Below are positions 56,070-64,000 of a stretch of DNA of 64,000 bases, piece by piece. The translations under genes were made by a program, and so were the position numbers. Source of the stretch: Scenedesmus sp. PABB004 (Eukaryota); assembly GCA_014905635.1 (NCBI GenBank), contig JABVCE010000005.1:992001-1056000 (forward strand), in the 5' to 3' direction. The notes beneath the pieces were generated by a model. That model did not search any database and was not told the DNA's origin. It saw nothing but the letters and a program-made list of their open reading frames with translations. Each line of letters opens with the position of its first letter. Position 1 is the first letter of the stretch.

Positions 56070-56351
56070 GGCTGCGCACATGGGCACGTTGGCTGCCGGC
56101 CGGCGAGCTGCAGAGAGTTGGAGTTGGGCCGTAAACGTTGACAGGCTGCTGTCAACACTCGCGTGCGAGCAGCCGCGCCCAGTGCGCTAGCGTCTCCGCC
56201 GCGCCCCCTCTGACAGCTGGCCCCTCTGCACACACTCGATCAAGGAATGGACCGCCCAGCCACCGAGCGCTGGTGCGCGCTGCGGCGCGCGCTGCAGCCG
56301 CCCGCCGCGGGCCCGCGCCGCGGCAGCGCGCTCGTGCCCTGTGCGCGCTGC

Positions 56352-56714
56352 TCAGATGGCCAGCCAGTACACGGTGACGAGCACCATCATCGTCGAACTC
56401 TCCCACTGAACGCTGAGCTTTCCGTCGGTCTTGTCCGCCCAGCGCGTGCACGTCGCCGCGTGCAGGCCCGCGCCGGCCTTCTGGCTGAGGTTGGCGGTCA
56501 CCACGAACTTGAAGGGACTGTTCAGGGCCGTCAGGCGCTTGAGGCAGCCCTCCACCACGTTGGCGGCGAGGCCATCGGCCTTGGCGTGCAGGAACGGCGC
56601 GTCGCCGACCGCCGCGGCGACCGACTCGCGCACCATCGTGTCCACCTCTGCGTCATCGATGAGGTCGTCCTCCGTGAGCCCGTCCGCGAGCTGGTCGTCC
56701 TGCTGCTGGTCCAT
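56352..56714 (-). CDS. TCTEX1: Dynein light chain Tctex-1 type (intronless)
   Basis: VVEGCLKRLTALNSPFKFVVTANLSQKAGAGLHAATCTRWADKTDG...VLVTVYWLAI. Confidence 0.93.
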   Translation of the reverse strand: MDQQQDDQLADGLTEDDLIDDAEVDTMVRESVAAAVGDAPFLHAKADGLAANVVEGCLKRLTALNSPFKFVVTANLSQKAGAGLHAATCTRWADKTDGKLSVQWESSTMMVLVTVYWLAI

Positions 56715-57105
56715 CGCAGCGGCCGCGGCGCCGTGCGGCGTCGGCGCGAGCGCGGGCGGGCGCTGGCGCGAAGGACGCGAGCCGCTGTTGACCGCCGCGC
56801 CGGTGGCGACGCGGGTGCTGGGTGGGCCGGCAGCTGTGTCGGGAGAGGCGTGAGCGGTCTGGGCAAGGCTGCGGGGGGAGAGCCGGGCCCGCTGTCGCTG
56901 CAGAAGCTCGACCGCACGCCTTCTGCCGCCGCTGTTCAGCCACTTCTCGCTCCGGCGACGCCCTGCAGATCGCCGTGCAATCAATCCTGTGGACCACAAC
57001 CGCTCGCCGCCAGGCGCTCCGCGAGCCGGCGGGCAGCAGCAGCGACAGGCGCGGCGGCAGCGAGCGCCCGGGAAGCCCCCGGCCAGCCGCCGCGCAGGGC
57101 TCGCG

Positions 57106-58586
57106 ATGCTGTGCACCGGGGGACGCGGGCTCTCGGTGGCGGCCTGCCCGCGCGCCGCGGCGGCGGCCGGCGCGGCGCAGCAGCAGCTCGTCGGCGCCGG
57201 CTGGGCGCTGCTGTCGGCGGCGCGCGCGGCGCTCGCGGCGCAGCGCAGCGGCGGCGCCGCCTCCACCAGCGGCCGCCAGGCGCCCCGGGGCATCGGCGCC
57301 GGCGCGGCGCGGCAGCAGTCGGCCGGCGCTGCGCCCGCGGGCGGCGCGCCCGGCGGCGGCGGCAGAGGCGCCGGGCACCACCCGCGGCGGCAGCGCCTGG
57401 ACGACTACTGCCTCGCGCAGCACCCGGGCAGCAGCAAGAACCTGATCCAGTCCTGGATCGCGCAGGGCAAGGTGCTCGTGAACGACCAGGTGCGGCGCCG
57501 GCGCGGGGCGCGCGGCGGCGAGCTGCGACGGCCCACGCCCGCGACGCGCCCGGCCGCGCCCGCGCCGCCGGCGCAGGTGGTCACCAAGGCGGGCCACGCG
57601 GTGCCGCGGGGCGCGGCCGTGCGCATCCTCGCGAGCGAGCCCAGGTTTGTGTGCCGCGCGGGGTTCAAGCTCGAGGCCGCGCTCGACGCCTTTGGCATCG
57701 ACGTGGCCGGCCTCACCGCGCTCGACGCGGGCCTCTCCACCGGCGGCTTCACCGACTGCCTGCTGCAGCGCGGCGCGGCGCACGTGCGGCGCGCGCGCGC
57801 GCGTGCGTGAGCCGGCGCAGGCGCCCCGCGCCAGTGCTGGCGCCCTGCGCCGCCGCCCCGCGCCGCGCGCCGAGCGCTCTCCGCGCGCGGGGGCCCGCTC
57901 CGCGCAGGTGTACGGCGTGGATGTGGGGCACGGCCAGGTCATGGGCAGCATTGCGCAGCACCCGCGCGTGACGGTGATGGAGCGCACCAACCTGCGCCAC
58001 CTCGCGCCGGGCGACCTGCCGACGCAGGCGCGCCGCCGCCGCCGCCGCCGCTGCCTGCGCGCGTCGTGCGCCCGCCCCGCCCTCGAGCACTGCGTCTGAC
58101 ACCCCCCGTCCCTGTGTGTCCCTCTGTCTGTTTCACACGCAGGTGCAGCTGGTGTCGCTGGACCTGTCCTTCATCAGCGTGCTCAAAGTCATGCCCGCCG
58201 TCGCGCGCGTGCTCGCGCCGGGCGCCCAGCTGGTCGTGCTCATCAAGCCCCAGTTCGAGGCTGGCCGGGCTCAGGTCGGCGCGGGCGGGCTCGTGCGCGA
58301 CGCGGGCGTGCATGCGGCGGTCGTGGCGCGCATCACGGCCGGCGTCGAGGCGTACGGCCTCGCCTGCCGCGGCGTCGTCGAGTCGCCGCTCAAGGGCGAC
58401 AAGGCGGGCAACACCGAGTTCCTCGCGCACTTCGTGCACGACCCCGCGGCGGGGCCGATCGCGGTGCCGCCCGACGGCGCGCGCGACGAGGGCGGCGACG
58501 GCCCGCGCGGCGCGGCGGTCGCGGCGCCGCCGCAGCCGGGCGCGGGCGATGCGGGCGACGCGGGGGGCGGCAGCGGCTGGCGGTAG
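57106..58586 (+). CDS. TlyA/YqxC-family rRNA methyltransferase (S4 + FtsJ), probably organellar
   Basis: [81 protein letters not shown]...GNTEF. Confidence 0.93.
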
Positions 58587-58837
58587 AGAGAAGCTGCCTG
58601 TGGCAGAGACTGGCTGCTCTGTCTGCTGGGCCAGCCCCGGCGGCGTCGGCTGCGCCGCGCATGCGGGCGCGCGCTGAAACTCCGCGGTCTACCGCGGTCT
58701 AGCCGGCTGCGCGCGCGCGGCGGCATGCGCCGGCGACCGCGCGCCGCCGCCGCGAGCCAGACAGACGCCGAGCTCCACGCCGCCCCGCCGTCTCCGATCA
58801 CTGCGGGCAGCAGCGGCGCGGCGGCGCGGCAGCGGCC

Positions 58838-60343
58838 ATGGCGAACAACGGCCCGGTGCGCGGCGCCCCGGGGGCCACGCCGGCATCGACGCCGCGCATC
58901 GCGCCGCGCGGCCGATCATGCAGCGCTGGGCGGCGGCAGCGGGCCGTCGGCGGCGCTGAGGGCGGCGGCAGCAGCGGCAGCTCGCGCTGCGGTTGCCGCT
59001 GCTCCGCGCGGACGTCAAGCCCCGCAGCCAGCCGCCAGGCTCCAGCCCCCACCGCCAGCAGTCGGAGCCGGCCTGAGCGCGGCAGCCGGCGCCCCTCGCC
59101 GCTGGCTCACGCGGCGCGCCGCCCTCACGCTGCCTCACCGCCGGCGTGCCGCCGCCGCCGCCGCCCCACCAGGCCTCCGGCAGCGGCGTGGTCATCAAGA
59201 CCAAGCCGCGCGCCGAGCGCAACCGCGTGCTCGTCACGGGCGGCGCGGGCTTTGTGGGCAGCCACCTGTGCGAGTTCCTGGTCAAGCGCGGCGACCACGT
59301 GCGCCCGGCAGCGCCCGGCAGCGAGCCTGGCGGCGCCCGGCAGCGCTGCCCGCCCGCCGCCGCCGCAGCCCCGCCGCCGCCGCGCGCCGCTCACACCGCC
59401 GGTCGGCCGCCGGCCGGCCTTGCGGCCCGCAGGTCATCTGCGTCGACAACTTTTTCACGGGCAGCAAGGACAACGTGCTGCACCTGCTCGGCGCGACCAA
59501 CTTTGAGCTCATCCGCCACGACGTCGTCGAGCCCATCCTGCTTGAGGTCGACCAGATTTACCACCTCGCCTGCCCCGCCAGCCCCATCCACTACAAGTGC
59601 GGCGGCGGGGCCCGGCGGCGGGGCCCGGCGGCGGGGCCCGGCGGCGGGGCTGGCCCGGCAGCCACCACCGCGCCGCCGGTCAACCCCGCGCGCCGCAGGT
59701 ACAACCCGATCAAGACCATCAAGACCTCCTTCCTGGGCACCATGAACATGCTCGGCCTCGCCAAGCGCACGCGCGCGCGCTTCCTCATCACCTCCACCAG
59801 GCGCGGCGGCGCCCCAGCCCGCGCGCGCCGAGCGCGCCGCGCGCTGGTCCGTGCACCGCCCCACACGCCGCCGCCGCGCGTCTCGCGCCGCAGCGAGGTG
59901 TATGGCGACCCCATGGAGCACCCGCAGACAGAGTCGTACTGGGGCAACGTCAACCCCATCGGCGAGCGCAGCTGCTACGACGAGGGTGCGCGCACGCCGC
60001 GCGGCGGCGGGGGCGCGCGCGGGCGCGGGCGTCCGCGGGCGCAGGAGTGCGCGGGCACGGCCGCCGACGCGGCGCGGCGCCGGCCCGCAGGCAAGCGCGC
60101 GGCCGAGTGCCTGACCATGGACTACCACAGAGAGCACGGCCTCGCGGTGCGCGCGCGCCGCCGCCCCGCCTCGCGCCGGCCCGCCGGCCGCCGGCCGCTC
60201 GGCCGCCGGCCGCCGCCGCCGCCGCGAGCCGCGCGCGCGCGCGCGCGCGCCCCTCTGCCGCCGCACACGGCCGCCGCGCGCTGCCCCACACGCCCCACGC
60301 CGCCGCCGCGCGCCGCCGCGCGCCGCCTGCCCAGGTGCGCATC

Positions 60344-60376
<33 letters not shown>

Positions 60377-60938
60377 GCGCTCGACGACGGCCGCGTGGTG
60401 AGCAACTTTGTGGCCCAGGCGCTCACGGGCGCGCCGATCACGGTCTACGGCGACGGCAGCCAGACGCGGAGCTTCCAGTACATCAGTGACCTAGTCGCCG
60501 GCATGGTCGCGGTCATGGACGGCGATGAGATCGGGCCGTTCAATGTCGGCAACCCCGGCGAGTTCACGATGCTCGAGCTCGCACACGTGCGTGCGGCCGC
60601 GCGGTGCCGGCGGGCCGCGGCGGGGCGCCGGCGGGCCGGAGGTGTCGGGGGGCGGGGCGCCCGCGCGCCGTGCCGCGCGCCGCCGCGGGCGCCCCGCCTG
60701 CCCGAGTCAGCCGCCCCCGCGCCGTGCGCCGCGCCGCGCGCAGCTGGTCAAGGAGGTGGTCAACCCGGCGGCGGAGATCGTGTTCCGGGAAAACACGGCC
60801 GACGACCCGAGCCGGCGGCGGCCCGACATCAGCCGCATGCGCGCCAAGTACGGCTGGGAGCCGCAGGTGGCGCTCAAGGACGGGCTGGCGCTGATGGTCG
60901 ACGACTTCAAGCGCCGCCTCCACGTCGACGACGAGTGA
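58838..60938 (+). CDS. UXS: UDP-glucuronate decarboxylase (UDP-xylose synthase)
   Basis: [99 protein letters not shown]. Confidence 0.96.
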
Positions 60939-61269
60939 GGCCGGCGCGGCGGGGTGGGTGGGCGGGGCGGCGCGGGCCGGTGGTGTGCGGGGCGGCAGGG
61001 GCGGGTGGCGGGCGGCGGCGGGCGGCGGCGCGGGCGCTCGGGAGGAGGCGTGGCGCTGGGCGGGGCGGGGGCTGAAGCCAGGGCGGGAGGGCTGCATTCA
61101 GCCCGGCCGGGCGCGTGAAACAGCGCGCGTCACCGCACGTCCGGCAACCCGCGCCGCCGCCCGCCCGCTGCTAATGTACATCCGCCGCCGAGCCCAAGGC
61201 GGCGTCCGCGCCGCCCGCCAGAGGGGCGGGCTGGGCTGCCCGCGCCCGCCGCCGCGAGCCCCCCGCCCC

Positions 61270-62138
61270 TCAGCGCCGCCCGCGGCGCTTCTGCACCAGC
61301 TCAAAGCCGTCCGCGTCCACCACCGGCGGCGCGGGCGGCGCCTTGATCGGCACGGCGGCCGGCGCCGGCGCGGCGTCGTCCATGTCCTCGTCCATGCCGT
61401 TGCCGCTGCCATCGTCGCTGCCGCTGCCGCTGCTGCTGTCGCCGTCCAGCTCGGCGCCGTCCAGGTCCACGACCTGCCGCTTGCTCGCCGCCGCCGCGCC
61501 CGCCGCCTGCACCTGCCGCGCGCGCAGCTGCTGCAGCACGCTCGCGTCGTTGCGGCAGCACGCGGCGTGCAGCTCGACCAGCTGCTTCGCGACCTGCGTG
61601 CCGCGCGCGCGCCGGCGCGTCAGGCGCGCCCGGCGCGCCCGGCGCCGCGCCCGCTGCGGGCTGCGGCTGCTGCGCCTGCTAGGCGTCAGCGCGCTGCCGT
61701 CCGCCGCGCCTGCGCGGGGCTGCCGTCCTCCGCCTCGACGTGGAACTCCTCCAGCAGCGTGTCGGCCAGCTCCAGCTCCAGCTCGTCCGCAAAGTGCTCT
61801 GCCGGGGGCGGCGGTACGCGGCGGGGCGCGTCGGGCGTCCGAGCCGCGCCCCACGCCGCCGGCGGCGCTGCGCGCGCCGAGTTGCCGGCGCTGCGCGGTC
61901 GGGCGCCGCGCGCCGCACCCTTCTTCTTGGCGAACCACTCGAGCGTGTCTTCTATGAAATAGTCCGCCTTGGCCGCGCTGTCGGGGCCGCCCCAGCCGTT
62001 GTCGACGGCGAGCACGAGCGCGGTCCACTGGCTGAACACGAGGCCGACGCCCTCCTCGAAGCCCGCCCGCGCGGCGGGCGTGAGGACGGGCGCAGGGGCG
62101 CCCGCCGCGCCCGTGCGGGCGCCACTGCGCAGGTCCAT
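61270..62138 (-). CDS. TSR2: Pre-rRNA-processing protein TSR2
   Basis: FEEGVGLVFSQWTALVLAVDNGWGG (WGG motif), EEFHVEAEDGSP, acidic linker, VDADGFELVQKRR. Confidence 0.92.
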
Positions 62139-62533
62139 GGCGGCGCGGTGCCGGGCGGAAGCGGCGGCGGCGGCTGCTGCCGGCGGCCGCTGCTGCTGCT
62201 GGCGCGCGGGCGCGCAGGCGCTGTGCAGGAGGTCTCCGAGGGCGGCGCGCGTGAGTGCGGAGCGGGGTCGAGGGCGGCGGCGGCGGTGCGCTGCGCACCT
62301 AGGGAGCAGCGCCGAGCGGCCGCTGCTGCCTAAGCCCTCGCGCGCCCCTGTCACGCGCCGCTTGGCCCTCCCGCCCGCCGTGCGCCGTCCCCAGACCACG
62401 CTCGTACCGGTGGGAGCGCGGCACGCGGATCCAGGCGCGGCGGCGGCGGCGGCGTCAGCGGCAGCAGCGGCGCGCGCAGAACAGTCCATGCTGTGAGCCC
62501 CGCCCGGCCCGCGGGGGCCGGTTTCGGACTTCC

Positions 62534-64000
62534 ATGAGCGACAGCGACAGCGAGGGTGGGGGGCTGGGCCTGGGAGGCATCCTCTGGGGCAACCTGGGCG
62601 CCGGCGATGAGGTCGAAGCGGACTACCTGGACAGGGTGAGCCCGCAGACGCGCCCCGAGCCTGAGCCGGCGGCCCGGTCCCGCGGCACGCGTCCAGCAGC
62701 GCCGCGCAGGCCCGCGCGCCGCCGCCGGCGCTGCCGCGCTGCCGCCGCTGCTGCTGCTGCGTTGCCGGCGCCGGCATGAGCAGGGGCTGGGGGCGCCGCC
62801 GCGCGCACGGCGCTCACGGCCGCCGCTGTGTCCGCCGGTGCGGCACGGCTTTGCAGGACGCGCTCAAGGCGCTGGGCAAGGTCAAGCAGATCATCAACGC
62901 CGATGGCGGCGACCTGCTGGTGCGCGGTGCAGTGGGGGCCAGGGCTGCGCCGCCGCCCGTGCGCCACAGCGGCGCGTGGCAGCAGCAGCGCACCACAGCC
63001 TGCGCCCCGCCTCACGCAGGCCTCCGCCGCGAGCGGCGCCGCGGCGCCGGCGCCGGCGCCGCCGTCGTCGGCCGCGGCGGCCGGCGCGGGCGGCGCCGAC
63101 GCGTCCGCGCTGGACTACGCTGACGAGCCCACGCTGCCGGAGGACCTGGAGGACATCCCCGAGCTGCGCCCCGGCCGGCCCGGCGCCGCTCCCATGCCCG
63201 CGGGCCCGGGGTGAGCCAGCAGCTCGCTGCGCGCCGCGCGGCGCGGCGCCCGCGCTCGCACGAGCACCAAGCCGCCGCCGCCGGTGGCGCGCTGCGCGCA
63301 GGGGCCTCGTGGCGGGCGAAGATGACTATGACGATGACGAGCCGCCAGCAGCAGCACCAGCAGCAGCACCAGCAGCACCAGCAGCACCAGCAGCAGTGGC
63401 AGCACGGCCAGAGGTGATCGCCGCGGCGGCCGCGGCGGCGGCGGCGGTCCGGCGCGGCGCCGTGGCCCTGCCCTCGGGCGCGGCCGGCTCGTACGACGCG
63501 GCAGCGGCAGCGGCGGCGACGGCGGTGGCGTCCACGCCCCCGGCGCGCTCGCGCTGGCGGGGCTCGGCGCTGGCGCGCTCGCCGCGTCACCGTCGCAGCA
63601 GGCGCTGCTGGCGGGCCCCAGCGGCGCGGCGCTCATCTCGCCCGGCAGCTACCTCGCCGCGCTGCAGGGCCACCAGGCGCTCGCGGCGCCCGGCGGTTTC
63701 GCCGCGGCACCCGGTGCGCCGGCGCCCGCACCGGCGGCGCCGGCGCTGACGCCCGCGCAGGCGGCGGCGGGCGCGGCGCGGCTCGCGCTCGTGCGCGCGA
63801 CGCCGGCGCAGGAGGCGCGGCAGGGGGAGCTGGCGTTTGTTTACCTGGACATCCAGGACGGCGGCGAGGACGTGGTGCACTTCAGCGAGCTCTTTGCGCC
63901 CTCCGAGACGGCGCTGCGGGTGCGTGCGGCGCAGCGTGGGAGGGAGGGGCCGCCCGCCGCGGCCGCGCGCGGCGCGTGCGCCACCGTGGACGGCGGCCCA
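62534..64000 (+). CDS. TAF1: TFIID subunit 1, 5' part (runs off window)
   Basis: TAND-like GILWGNLGAGDEVEADYLD, ALDYADE, and later EDVVHFSELF matching TAF1 N-terminal motifs. Confidence 0.72.

Noticed and set aside
57106..58586. Bacterial hemolysin or contamination
   Set aside because: Has spliceosomal introns and an N-terminal extension; TlyA-like methyltransferases are normal in green lineages.

Overview
Very GC-rich, intron-dense eukaryotic nuclear DNA from a chlorophyte green alga. Gene content and intron style suggest Chlorophyceae, possibly Sphaeropleales (inference only). Most ORF-track entries are GC artefacts. Hand-splicing supports 20 genes plus one gene fragment: two inverted paralogues of an (F-box)-LRR-chromodomain-RGG protein (1-2568 +, 38339-42038 -), aldose 1-epimerase, a MYND-finger protein, an ER Fes1/SIL1-type exchange factor, a 26-exon plant-type sucrose synthase, two tandem CYP86-clan-like P450s, RIB43A, U-box/WD40, a receptor-like kinase, a beta-helix repeat protein, FLAP1/DUF1517, PRP38B-like, Nup107, an F-box/LRR-like gene holding an antisense ubiquitin-protease fragment, Tctex1, a TlyA-type methyltransferase, UXS, TSR2 and the 5' part of TAF1. 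The most notable observations are the LRR-chromo pair with hypervariable Tyr/Gly loops but near-identical introns, the sucrose synthase with telomere-like motifs in its introns, frequent GC-AG introns, an A-rich higher-order minisatellite, and mosaic identity between the P450s. CDS coordinates are whole gene spans including introns. All calls come from manual motif recognition; no searches were run.
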